DNA of 62,029 bases, filler included, from Choristocarpus tenellus KU-1152 (Eukaryota > Protista > Phaeophyceae), in NCBI GenBank assembly GCA_964200185.2. It is 11 parts of 11 records of this genome, joined end to end, with 100 filler letters (N's around TTAATTAATTAA, not from the genome) between each part and the next. Parts side by side here need not be neighbours in the genome. Positions count along the whole stretch, not along the records: positions 32,027 to 40,656 come from CAXNAD020004513.1; positions 40,757 to 52,287 come from CAXNAD020002276.1; 9 more parts are not named here. One strand, written 5' to 3'. The translations under genes were made by a program, and so were the position numbers. Shown here in pieces: positions 38,301 to 50,697 of the stretch. How positions within the stretch are numbered: position 1 is the first letter of the stretch; each line of letters begins with the position of its first letter. A model generated the notes under the pieces. That model saw nothing but the letters and a program-made list of their open reading frames with translations. It was not told where the DNA came from and made no database searches.

Positions 38301-40656
38301 CTGGGCAGGTGTGTCTACCAAGAGCTGACGCAAGTAAACATGCAGGCGAACAAGCCTGCTCCACAATGTCCACAATACCGCCTTTTGGGATAGAAAAAAA
38401 TAGAGGAAAGAAAAAAGAAGATAGTCATTGTGAATTGCACCAAGTGAATCAAGTCAAGTCCTTCCACATAACAATAAAAAATGGGCAAAAGATAAGATTA
38501 GTAATGATATAGCAATGATATAGCAATGATATGTAACACATTGTTAGCCCAAAGCATCCTCAGAGTACTCAAAACATGCATCATATAAGGAAGTGAAAGC
38601 GGACCTAAAAACTCAACAACACCACGTCTTAGATCGTATCACTCAACAACACCACTTCTTAGATCGTATCACTCACATCCTGGTTGGACGGGGGCCATTA
38701 TCATCATAAATTATGTAGACTATAATAAATGGAATGGTCTATTTCTCACAAGTACCTTGCATTCCATTATAATAATAATAATTATTATTATTATTCTAAA
38801 ACAGAACGCTGAACATAACCTCACCTTTGCTTTTTGTCTGTTACTACCGTGAGTGCTTTTTTTTTTTGGAATGATATTTTTTATTCTTAGAATATTATTT
38901 TTAAAGTTCATTTCTTATCATACAGCTGACTAATACAATAATAAAAATAATTGTTGTAACCACATACGATGTAAACCAATTTCTTCCATGTTTTGAGCTG
39001 TAGTAATTCATTCCTCATACTATGAATGAAACACCCATATATAAAACATAACCTAAAAATATACAGTGTGCAGCTACCATCCATTGCCCCTCTCGAGCAC
39101 TTTTTCATCAATGCTACTAATTTAACTAGAATGAAACACATACACTATACTATCAACACATAAACATTATTACTAGTAACACTTCCACCAACAGAACATA
39201 CACAAAAATATCAACACATAAATCAATACATTATTATCATTATCAACATTATCAACATTATTATTATTATTATTATTCTATGAACCGCCATTCTCTCCCT
39301 CTCCCCCTACCCCTGCCTGTCCATATCCCTCTCACCCTTCCAAGCTCTGGGTTGTCATGTCCCCCTCGTCGTTGTGTAGCATTAAGTGCTGCATTGTAAC
39401 TGTCATTCAACAATGCCACCGCATCTCCAATTCGTCCCAGGAGATCAACGGCATCCCCCACAACGCTCTCCACACGAACTGAGTTAACCCTCGAAGCTGT
39501 GCCTGGCACGGCACCCCCCACTGCTCTTCCCTCTGCCCCAGGCGCTCGTTGGGATAATACTAAAAAAAATTAAAAAAAATAAAAAGAAATATAGAACATG
39601 GGTATCATAGTAGTGGCTCGTTAATAATAATAAGACATGCACAACCATACTAGCATACTAGTGGCGTTAATAACAAATAAAATAATGAGTTTTAAGGTGT
39701 ACCTTAACTCAGTATGTTCTTTTTAAATGAAAAAAAAAAAATGAAGATTATCCTTTCAACACTCAAAAACGTTTTTCAACAAAATCATGTCTAAATGGGT
39801 TATCAGCAGGAGTAAAAGAGGGAAGTAAGCAACAACCAATCTCCTCTGAACAACAAAGCATTACACATGAAAACAAACACACACAAACAAACAACACACA
39901 ACACACACAAGACTCCTAGATATCGGTATCAGTACCCCCCACCCTCTCGACTCATTCCTCCAACAAAACAAAATCCAAACCCTAACCCTAACACTTGACA
40001 ACTCACACACAACAACAATCCCTAACCCTAACCGCATCCCACAAGCACTGCACATAGAGGACACAACGACGCGCCCACAGAGTCCAGCATCACCCAACCA
40101 ATAACACAGACAACCCCAAAGAAACACTTCCCATGATCACCTTGAGCCCCACCCACAGCACCAGGCCGTGGTGGTACAGGTGGAGGAACCAACATAGGCG
40201 GCAGAGCCTTTGCCAGGTCCGCCATGACTCCCCTACACCTCCAAGACACATGGCCCAGAGCCTCTCGTGGTTCTGCCACCACCGCCCTCTCCGCCAACAA
40301 CGATCCCAACCGGGCAGCATCGCAGGGCCCGATAATCAGAGTGGCAGGACGCCAACACGTACCCCCCTTCTCCCTAACCCTAAAGTCTCCCCCAATAACA
40401 CCATCACCACCAATGCCAGTCTCAGTGTCACTGTCGTCCTCCTCCTCCTCCTCCTCCTCCTCCTCCACCTCTAACTCCACCACCAGCGTGCCTGGGTTGA
40501 GCACGACTGCTCTAGCCAACCGTTCAGGCGGAATGCTCAACCTCCCCCCCGCCCCCTTCCCTCCTGTCCACCCCTTGCTCAAACTAGCCTCAGTCCCAAC
40601 TCCAGTCCCAACTATAGCCTCGACTCCAGGCCTGCCCATTCCCCCCCCAACAGGGG
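32306..40656 (-). CDS. Partial multi-exon hypothetical protein; exons 40656-40141, 39559-39336, 38381-38232, about 35540-35388, 33954-33865 and 32422-32306
   Basis: Phase-consistent GT-AG splicing gives ...GGAQ(V)LSQRAPG...ELGR|AVLWTLWSRLVRLHVYLRQLL...EIE|...TMDKK|VTELLLCADAIPEVRLRKAVELYVTQFYTK|IVDTVGRNVTFRYEGLLPLDDKKLLVLLDLL; GC-rich exons in AT-rich introns. Confidence 0.68.
32785..32890. repeat. 12-bp tandem repeat AACATAAATATT (intronic)
   Basis: About 8 copies seen directly. Confidence 0.9.
37932..38139. repeat. 26-bp minisatellite AACAATGTAGTAGCAGTAACATATTA, 8 copies (intronic)
   Basis: Contiguous units with no spacers. Confidence 0.92.
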
Positions 40657-42042
40657 NNNNNNNNNNNNNNNNNNNNNNNNNNNNNNNNNNNNNNNNNNNN
40701 TTAATTAATTAANNNNNNNNNNNNNNNNNNNNNNNNNNNNNNNNNNNNNNNNNNNNGGGGGGGGGGGGGGGGGGGGGGGTGGGGGGGGGAGGGGGAACAA
40801 GAATTGTTCGTATTTTGTTTATGTGTTCTGATCCTTAAATAAGGGTCGAGATGTTTGTGTGCGTGTGTTCAATAAGCATTTTGTTTGTGTTAGATTTGGA
40901 TATTTAGTTTACCTTTTTCAATATTTAGTGCTTTTCATGGGGGAGAGTTCTTGTCTCCTTTTTTTTATGAGATTTTTTTTTTGTCGAGATTTTGGAATAG
41001 AATCGTTTGTCTGAGTCCTGCTGTGTGTTTTTTGTCCTGATACTATTTTTTTAAATTATCTATATTGTGCTGTAGTATGAATCTCATGCTGGGGTTGAGG
41101 AGGGTGGAAGGCGTGAATGCAATGTTTTGAACTGGCTCTTAAAGAGACATACACAGGTCGTTTTTCCCTATTTCTGCTAATGGTTTTAGTATTGTTGCCC
41201 TTTCCTTCTTTTTTTTTTCTTAGGTGCATGACAGATTTTTCGTGCATGAGGTATATTTACCTTTGACAATACTTGCACCTTCTGAGGCGTGTGTATATCT
41301 TTTAAATGCTTGTACTTCTGAAGCGATGCTTGTAGTATTTGTGAGGTACTTGCACATTTTAAAGACACAACTTCTACCACTACATTTCTACCTTTGAAAC
41401 TGTGTAGCATATTACATTTCAAGGTACTTGTACCTTTTTGTGGTACTTGTACCTTTTAAGAGGTAGTTTGAGTACTTTGTACCTTGGGTGATCCTGTCCC
41501 TTCCTTGACAATCAAAGCCAATTTGCTGTGGTGGTACAACATTTGCCATCCCCGCCTTCTATCGCCCAGCCCTTGAGCGAGTTTATTTTGGTTGATCTTG
41601 ATTGTCAAGATAATATGCATACATGACATGACATGGATAAAGTGATCACATTACAGTGCATAGGTATACATTATTCAATCAATAGCTTTTTTTCTAGAAT
41701 GTATCTTTTTTTTTGGCCAGCGTGTTTTTCGCAGCAGGATAGTGTGAATGTATGACATCATAAAGATGAAGTATTTACAGAGTACAGCATCTCGGTGTAC
41801 CTTACTCGGTCACAAACTGCTCTTTTTTTTCCCCAAGTCATGTACCTTTTTATTGTCCGGCATGTATTCTTGACAAATTTCTGTCGATTTGCCAGCCAGA
41901 ACCCTAGCCCTAACCCCACCCCCAACTTTTTCAAGATTCAAATCCGCTCCCCAAGATTTAAACGCCAATCCCTCCACCTCGGCTGCCACGACTGGCTTCT
42001 GATAACTGCGCCGTCTATTTATTCTAACTACCCTTTGTTCAG

Positions 42043-42739
42043 GCTGAAACAAGGGTTTCATACATCATGTGGGCTCTGAGCACTGGAGTTGTGGGTGGGG
42101 CAGGGGGGTATTGGTATCTCTCATACGTGTATTTCTCGTGGGATATCATGGAGCCGGTCACGTTCTTTACGGTAAGTTTTGAGTGTTCCTATTGGTCTTC
42201 ATCTGTATAGGAATGTCTAGAATCTGTACTGTACCTGTGGACTTGCTCTGTGACAAATCTAGACTTTTTTTTTGATGAAACTGTTTTGGTTGCGCTGTAC
42301 AGTTTATGCGATTTAAAAAACAAACAAACGTGTGCAGCTTTGAGCAATGCCCATCGATCCCCCAAAGTGATTGCTGTATGCTATGTAGAAGGAGAGAGAA
42401 GAGTGGTTGCCCCCTGGTAACCTGATGTTTAGGGATTTTTTTTTTTGAGCTTCCAAGAGGTGAAGAGATGAGTGATCGAGGGAAAATAAGCTAAAATAAA
42501 AAATAAATAAGTTTAAGGTACAAAGGCTTGTCATTTGTACAAAACGAAAAAGAATACGTTTTTGTGTTTATGGGGCTACTGCTGTATGATGACTGTAGAG
42601 AACATTGCGATGTGTGTTTGAAATGGAATATACCCATTCTGCATACAAAATAATAATGAAATACAATAGGGGAACTTTTAGTTACGCCTTCTCTTTTGGA
42701 ATCTTTTTTATTTTGAGATACAAAAATGAGAAAAAGTCT

Positions 42740-42772
<33 letters not shown>

Positions 42773-44231
42773 TGAAGCATTTCGTTTGTATTTTTTAAAA
42801 ACAAAAAAGAGTTCCGTTTTTTTTCTGCCTGGTCCTGGTCCTTACTCAGCAATGGCGTAGGTCTGGGGTGTATCGTGTCTGTATGTTGAAGTTGAAGTTG
42901 ATGTGCAAAAACTATGACTGGTACTAAGTTTGTATTGTCACCAGTTCAGTTAGTATGCAAATTCTATCTTGAGCTTAGAGCTCGTGTGAAGGAAGTAAAA
43001 AAAACAAAAGGCGTTTTAATACCTCCATTTTTGGTTCTCTCTTTTTTTTTTCCGAGTAATTCGATCGTTTTAAAGTAGAAGAAACGCAGGTTTGGATCCG
43101 TTCTGATTCTCTTCCATCCCACCCACCCATCCACCCCTGAATAATAAAAGACGTTTCGGTGTGTTGGGATTGTCGTTGTATGAGAATACATGCGGTTTCA
43201 GGCTGTAATGAATTGAGTGACATGTCAATACTAATAAAGTATGTTTGTTATTGCTGTCCTTGACGATCTGTTGTCCCACACAACCAGTTATATTATTGTT
43301 TATTACCTTGTATCGCAGTTGAGAAGAGAGTGAGATACCATCACTAGGTGGGGCTCACCAATCCTTACATTAAATGACTCAGAATACCAAATGACTAAAC
43401 AGTTCTCTAGTACACGTCAGAAACACTCCGACTAATTTCTTCTGGTCAAATACCCTAACCCTAAATATCCCGAATGTCCTGCATTATCATCTGTACGTAC
43501 ATAAAATAATATTTCAAATCATATTCCTACAAATGGTCAAGCATGATCTTGACAAAATATAATATTCTAATGGAGTGAAATTGCATCTACCCGTTAGAGT
43601 ATTTTATTTACATTTGTTTCTCACAGATTTTTTTTTTGTATGTGCACTGCTATTATTGAAGTAATATCTTGTCTTCATTTATGTGGATAATATATATATA
43701 TATGTATCAGAGTTAAATTCAAGTAGATTCCTTTTTGGGGTTGGTGTGTGATGCATGAAGCGACACTCATTGTCAGGTAGGGGTAAGTAAATACATGAAC
43801 GGTGCAGTCCGTGGCATGGTATTGCTGTGAAAGAAAACAATGTCGGTATGTTGTGTTAAGCCTTACTGTCAGTGGTACAATGAATACCACCATACCGACC
43901 TGCCAACCACCCAGTACGTAGTCAGGCAATGCAGTGTCCCATTTTGTCATCTGTATAGGTGGGGGCAATCAACAAATCACAATGCTGTAAATAAAAAATA
44001 CAGATTCCGTATGAATATAATTCAAAGTGACTAGACTTTTTTTTTGTGCACTCCAGTCTGATTCAAACGCGGAGTACAACTGGGTGGAGGCGTGCGGGTC
44101 GCCGAGTTCTGCAAGCAATGCACGCAGTGCGGCATTGACGACCAATCAAAAATCAGCCCTTGTTTTCGGTTTCAATTATCGTGATTTTGTTAGATAGTAA
44201 CAGGTACAGGGAAGTGCATACAGATACATAC

Positions 44232-44266
<35 letters not shown>

Positions 44267-47200
44267 ATTGATGGGGCCGGTGAAATGGTATGACTAACTG
44301 TGGAGGAAAACTATGGTGGTATAGAGCATTGAATGTATTCCACCGTTGGTGGTGTATGGGTACGCACAAGAGTGTGCTTTGTGTACGATCATACTGATCT
44401 GCTGATCCCCCACCCAATATCTGGTCGTCGAGAATGTCTTATTTGTTCTCAGGATCGGAACATCGATGGGTTTTGTTTTTCATGTTGTTGCTGTATTTGC
44501 TTTCCTGAATAAGAATATAGTTATTCGATCGAATCTAAGATTCGCGACACTGACAAATCGACTGCATTTGCTCTTCCCTGCACTCCCTCTCTCTGGGGGA
44601 TTTCGCTACGTTACTACTGTACAGGTTGATTTCTTTTCTTTTTTTTCCTTCTTCTTATAGGGTCTTTTCTTTTTTGTGAAGGTTCCGAGTTGCACGGTGG
44701 TGCACACATTTTTTTTGTTGTTGTAGGGTCGTGAATCGTCCATTGATACTGATATTGAAACACAATATTTGTTTGTTTCAAGATGGAAAGTTCCAGTCGA
44801 CTATTAAAAGATAAAGAGGTGTCTTGAGTTGATTTGGTTATCTACTTCTACACCAGTGCGCATGTATGTGTCTTGTGTGTGTGTGTGTGTGTGTGCACTT
44901 TTTTTTTCTTTGCCCTGGAAGTTTCCTCGTGACGCATGGCGAGCTTTGCTCTGCGTGCTTTTGTTTGCTTGTGCACTTTTGTTTTCTTTGCCCTGGAAAT
45001 TTCCACGTGGCACATGGTGAGCTTCACTGTGCGTGCTTTTTTTTTCTTTGAATTTGAGTCGCATTGAAATATTTCAAGCCGATATGAAGGCTCGTATGAC
45101 CTTTCGATTCTTGATTCTATTAATATTACAAATGCATACTTTGTGCTACTGTATAGACTGTCCTACATAATATATGTATATAGATATATATATATATATA
45201 TGCTTTTTCTTAAACTTTTTTTTTTGGCAAAGTTTGAGTGCAATTGATTGGGATCTCCAATTTTGAAAAAAAAATGTTCTTTTTTGCCTACCTGCGTCTG
45301 CACAGGGTCTGGGCGTGAGCACGATCAGTTACGCGTGGTGGATGGTTACAAACAGGAACTACGAGTATGCCTCCATAGCAGACTTCCTCTTGAACAGGGA
45401 CAAGGATAATCTTTACCGGAGAGGGGGACTGGATGTTGAACGCATGAAAGCTGCACAGGTGACATTTTGTTTATGTATATGTACTGCACATTATGATCAT
45501 TAGTTGTATTGGTTTCGTGAAGTATATACACATAGTATGCAGGGTTTGGGTGTGTGTGTAATAATAGGTTGTTCGGGCAGCTTAAAGGGGACTGTATTGA
45601 CCAATGGGATGGCAGGAATTGAATTCGTGGTACCTGTACACCGCATGTAGTTCGTACTGATGGCTAACAAATCAGCACTAAGCACAAATCCTTGTCACCA
45701 ATCAGCATGCTGTTTTATGTATGCCTAGCTAGCTCTATTAAATTGCTGCAATTTTTACGGTGTTTTGAATCCCTTTAACTTGTCTTGGAGATTATTGAGC
45801 GGGGGTGCTGCAGATCAGAGGTGCCCAAATTGTTATGTGATGAGAGTATATGCGTATTGTTGGAGTACTTAGATAGCTTGATACTTGGCGATTGAAGCAA
45901 AATTGTTGTCTGGTCAATGGCCCTTGAAGGGTGTCGAAAATTTTCCTCTGTTGGGAGGGAGAGGAGAGTCATTTCTTCACCTATCTGCAAAGTGTAAAGG
46001 TTAGCCTTTTCCTTGTTCTGAAATACCCAAGAAGCCTTACGACTTCTCAATTTTTCATATATTTTGCCCCAAAGATAATGTCATTGCATCATGACCCATT
46101 CATACACTCAAGCTAGCTTTTTTCCAATCTCTGGAAGAAATAATGTCAGAGGAGGTTTCGTTTTATACCACTGAAAAACGTAAGCAGAACCAAGTTTTGA
46201 AAATCCCTTTCAACAAAACTCCATGTGATAAATAGGGTCAAGAGTATGTTTTTTATTCATGTTTAAAAGAAGCTTCGGAAGAAGAAGCCAAGCTAAGGAT
46301 GAAGAAACAATGTTTGTGATCTAAAGAAAAGAAGGTATGTTTACGTTCAAGAACTGGAATATGGAAGAGTTCAGGAATAGGAAGCATTATAGGAAGAAAT
46401 ATGTGATTAGTTTGATTCGTCATTCACAGAATAGGATTGATTTGGTGGCAAGGACCCCCCCACCCCCCTTTGGGCTTGGATGTTCGCTCCTCTTTTCACC
46501 TTTCTTACTTCATGTACAACCTGTTCTGCACAATAAGGAATTAATCGAGTCATTTACATAAACAAGTCTTACGCACATCGATTTTCATTACCATGCTAGC
46601 TAGCATTATTTATTGATGTATGCCAAGTTTTGAAGGCTAGCGTAAATCGATTTGAGGGGGAGTCCCGATGGAGGCGCGGCCGTCGGTTATAGAAGGCGTA
46701 CTTCGAGAAGAGTGGAGTATGGAGACATGACACGTACAACACCAGTTGAAGATGGTGGAGGATTAAGACGAAGAGTCGGTTAGGAGACCCCGCGCAACAG
46801 GCGACAGCAGGTGGACATGGATTGCGACGACTGATACCACCGCCGTCCAAGTAAGTTAAAGGTTTATAGTGGTGACGACGATGATGGGGAAGGATGTGCT
46901 ACTCTTGGATGATGGAATCAATCAGGGTGAGCTGTGGTTTCTTGGACGATTCGAAACAGCCAGAACGTGAATTTGAGAAAGCTAGTATATTTACGGCGGC
47001 TTTGGTGACGGGCTTGGATGGGTTTTGCGCAAAACGGGTGGGAGATGATCGCGGCAGTCCTTCCGAAGCTTTTCGAGCTTTTTGAGGAACCGTTTCAGTC
47101 GAAGTGCGATGACGGAGAGGGCGACTGTGCGATCCAAATTAAATTCACTTCACTTACCTGTAGGGGGAGGATCCGTCCACTGTCATCGTGGAATTGTACA

Positions 47201-50200
47201 GTATGGTGAGAAAGACGAGATCGATCCGGGATGTACCAAGCGAGAGGAAGAACAACTCAGTGCAATGCAACATTGCGTAACTCGAGAATACTCCACATTG
47301 AGATTCAATTTGACAGGTTACTGGAAGGGGGCGTGCAGTCAGACTCGACCTACAACAAAAATGATTTTGCGAGACTTTACCCCTTTCTTAAACGGCAACA
47401 GTAAGCCTTTTGTTCTCTCCCTCTACAAAGTCTTCATGCATCCGGGCCATGAGAAAACAATATTTGGGGCAAGGGGGTTGAAAGTGCGGTCCTCTGTCGA
47501 GTTTTTTTAGTGGAGAGGAGGAGAGGACTCCACTTTCAATCCCCTTGCCCCAAATGTTGTTTTCTCATGTCCCGGAACTTATACAGGTGCATGACAACTT
47601 TGTGGAGTGAGAGAACGCGGCTTACTGTTGTTGTTTAGGAAAGGGGTAAAGTATCGCAAATTCTTTTTTGTAGGTCGAGTCTGGCTGCACGCCCTCTTCC
47701 AGTAACCTGTCAAATTGAATCTCAATGTGGAGTATTCTCGAGTGTTATGCAATGGTGCATTGCACTGAGTTGTTCTTCCTCTCGCTTTGTTCATCCCGGA
47801 TTGATCTCATCTTTCTCACCATACTGTCCAATGACGAATGATGAGGTGGCAGACAACAAGGAACCTGATTTGGACTTGGGAGGCAGTCTATTGTTTGAAG
47901 AAGTGGGAAAAACCTCAAGTGATGAAGGACTTGGCTGGTAGAGATGACGCTGTGGGATCTGTATTAAGTCCTGAAGTGTTAGGACATGAGCGGGAGGTAG
48001 ATGGGGACATGGTGGGATCTGATGGGGTATTGGATACAGGGAAAAGGGCGACGTAGATCTGTTTATGTCACAGCGGGGGTGTGGTAGAAGGTTGATGCTG
48101 AGACTTGTTAGCCATAACTGCAACCCTCCACCTCACCTGGTGAAACATCAGAGTGTGCATTAAGGTATGAGCGGAGACTGGTTGGTTTGCTTGTTTGTGG
48201 GAAAGATAGACTCCTCCCACCAGAACCTGAAAACATTAGAGCAGCGATGGAGTCAGAGGAGTGACCCTTGTGTAAAGGAGCCATTGATGAAGAAGTGGAT
48301 GATTTGGACAGCAGGGGAGTGTGGATTCAAGTACCTTGCCCCACTGATGGGCACAAGGTACTTGGGACTAAGAAGGAGTTTACCTGGAAGGTGGATGCTA
48401 ATGGAGAAGTGGAATGGTACAAGGTAAAGGGCCAGGTTGGTTGTGGAGGGATTTAGATAGAGGAAGCAGGAGGATTAGTTTGAATCATTTTTACCAACAC
48501 CTACCCATGCTGTCTTTGAATGTTGCTTGCGTTAGTGGCAAAGTTGAATTGTGTGTTGATATATAGTGATGAGAAGAAGGCCTTCGCACAGGCTGAGTTG
48601 GAGGAAACATTGTATGTGGAACTGCCAGAAGTTCAGGTGAAGTTTGATGGAGCAGTGGGATTACTGCTGACGAAGTGCGTATGGGATAGTACAGGTGTCT
48701 CGGAACTGGAATTTTCTGCTGGTGGAAGCTTTGTTGGAACTGGGATTGGAAAAATTGGATGCAGATCCATATTTGTTCAGATTTATGATCATGATTTTCA
48801 TGTTTATGACATGGTGATGGCAGAGGAACCAGGGGTTGACTATGCCGTCGGAGTCATCGAGGGATTTAATAAGAAGTTCCCAATGGTTAATTTAGGTGAG
48901 GTGACCAAGTTCATGGGGTGCAGGATCAGGAGGAACAGGAAACCTGGGACACTTGTGGTGGACCAGATCTTGTACATCGGAGAGCTGTCTGAAAGATATG
49001 GTATTGGCATGACTTACGAGCTACCATCCATCACAAAGAGTGGAGCAGGAGGGGCCTGTTGCAGATGACTAGAGATCTATGGTTGGTGGTATACAATGGG
49101 CTGCTATAATGACTAGGCCAGATGTGTCCTTTGCAGTTAGAGAGTTGGCATCTTGAGTGGAGAATCCAAGTTGGTCTGATCAGTTGAATGCTAAGAGAGT
49201 AATTGGGTTATCTGTTAGGCACTTAAGAGCATGGTATTACCTTTGGAGGTTTTGGATTGTATGGGAATAGACCAAGGGATCAATTAATTTTGGCTATACA
49301 GATGCTGATCGTTGAAACTTCAAGGACAGTAGACTGTCTATCTCAGGTGGCATTGTCATATTTGGGGGAGGATGTGTCGACTGGTGGTCTAGGAAGCAGG
49401 CAACAGTTACACCGTCTACTGCTGAGGCTGAGTATGTTGTACTGTATGAGTTGGGGAAAGAGGTTATGTTCCTCAAAACAGGTGCACGTGTTCATGGAAC
49501 TACATTGTAAGGATAACTCTGTATCAGTGTTTTGAGGATAATGATGGTGCAATTGCGATTGCACAGAATGCAGTATCTGGTGGTAGAACTAAGCACATAG
49601 ACATTAGGTGCCACTATGTATGTCAGTTGGAGAGGGAAGGAAAGATAGCAATCGGATATTTGTCGGTGGAGTTCCAACATGCTGATCTTTTTACAGAGGG
49701 TTTGTGTAAGGAATATTTCAGTAGGCATTCCGGTGTTATCATGCGTAGAATGAAGTGGGACTGATTTTTTGTGTGTGTTGAAGATCTGCTCAAGAGTGAC
49801 TGTGGTGTCATTTTTCACTTGAAGTTTAAAACAGGGAAGTGCGTCAAGAACACCCTTTTTATTCATGTGTAAAAGAAGACTCTGTAGAAGAAACGATCTA
49901 AGGATGAAGAGACAATGTTTGTGTTCTGAAGAGTAGAAATGTTTGGATCAAGAACTAGAATATGGAAGAGTTCAGGAACAGGAAGCATTGTAGAAAGTAA
50001 TTGTGATTAGTTTGATTCGTCATTCGTATCATAGAATAGGATTGATTTGGTGGCAAGGACCTCCCCCTTTGGGCTTGGATGTTTGCTCCTCCTTTCACCT
50101 TTATTACTTCATCTACAACCTGTTTCTACACAATAAGGAATTAATCAAGTCATTTACATACACAAGTCTTGGGAACATCAATTTCCTTGACATACATACA

Positions 50201-50697
50201 TCCATGACATTCTGGAGTGCTTGAGGAAGTGAGTGTTTTTTCCAAAAGATGTGAAGGTGTTACTATAGTATCAAAAAAGTAAAACAACTCTCTACTTGAT
50301 TACTTGCCCACGTAATGTTTTGGCAGCAATGGTCCTTGCTCAAATCGCTGAGAAGTCAAAGGACCCTACCCATCCACCCACCACCCCGCCCCTCTTGTGT
50401 GACGTCCTGAACACATAGTTTTCACCCAATAATACACTTTCCACAAACATTCACACCACCAGTACCAACATGCCACCAACAAACACTCTCTTTATGACAC
50501 ACACCCGGCAGGAGGAGCTACGTGAAATAGAGGAGGAGTGGAGTGAGGTGGACGATAGGATCTTCCGACTGGACTGCATGGGAGATTCCCCTCCCCCTAC
50601 CACCTGCCCTGTAGCGACAGCCACAGAGCCCTATTCTGACGCCCAGGAGCAATCATCCTCCCACGGAGCCTCAGTGCTTGCATCACCACCGCCTTGA
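42043..50697 (+). CDS. MCU: Mitochondrial calcium uniporter, C-terminal part; exons 42043-42171, 45306-45458 and 50512-50697
   Basis: Spliced product AETRVSYIMWALSTGVVGGAGGYWYLSYVYFSWDIMEPVTFFT|GLGVSTISYAWWMVTNRNYEY...ERMKAAQ|EELREIEEEWSEVDDRI...* shows TM1, the WDIMEP filter, TM2, a YEY motif and a coiled coil; both introns are phase-0 GT-AG. Confidence 0.9.
44892..45050. repeat. Tandem duplication of about 78 bp (intronic)
   Basis: GTGCACTTTT...TTTGCCCTGGAA...CATGGYGAGCTT...TGCGTGCTTTT occurs twice. Confidence 0.75.
47199..47826. mobile_element. Foldback element of 628 bp with ~300-bp inverted arms (Tc1-like CAGT ends)
   Basis: TA|CAGTATGGTGAGAAAGACGAGATC ... GATCTCATCTTTCTCACCATACTG|TC; arms 47199-47495 and 47522-47826 with a 26-nt loop. 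Confidence 0.85.
48210..49755 (+). pseudogene. Copia reverse transcriptase-RNase H pseudogene
   Basis: KVLGTKKEFTWKVDANGEVEWYK, DEKKAFAQAELEETLYVELP, WWSRKQATVTPSTAEAEY, EDNDGAI, RTKHIDIRCHYV and QHADLFT; frameshifted. Confidence 0.9.

Larger units (their letters stand above)
46236..50192 (+). mobile_element. Decayed Ty1/Copia LTR retrotransposon in the last MCU intron; LTRs about 46236-46593 and 49842-50192
   Basis: Two ~350-bp direct repeats; 3' LTR ends (c)GTCAAG...CTTGACA and is preceded by a purine tract AAAACAGGGAAG; RT/RNase H remnants inside; gag, PR, IN, PBS and TSD not seen. Confidence 0.85.

Noticed and set aside
40224-40656. Ser/Pro-rich plus-strand ORF
   Set aside because: Splice signals and phase continuity support the minus strand instead.
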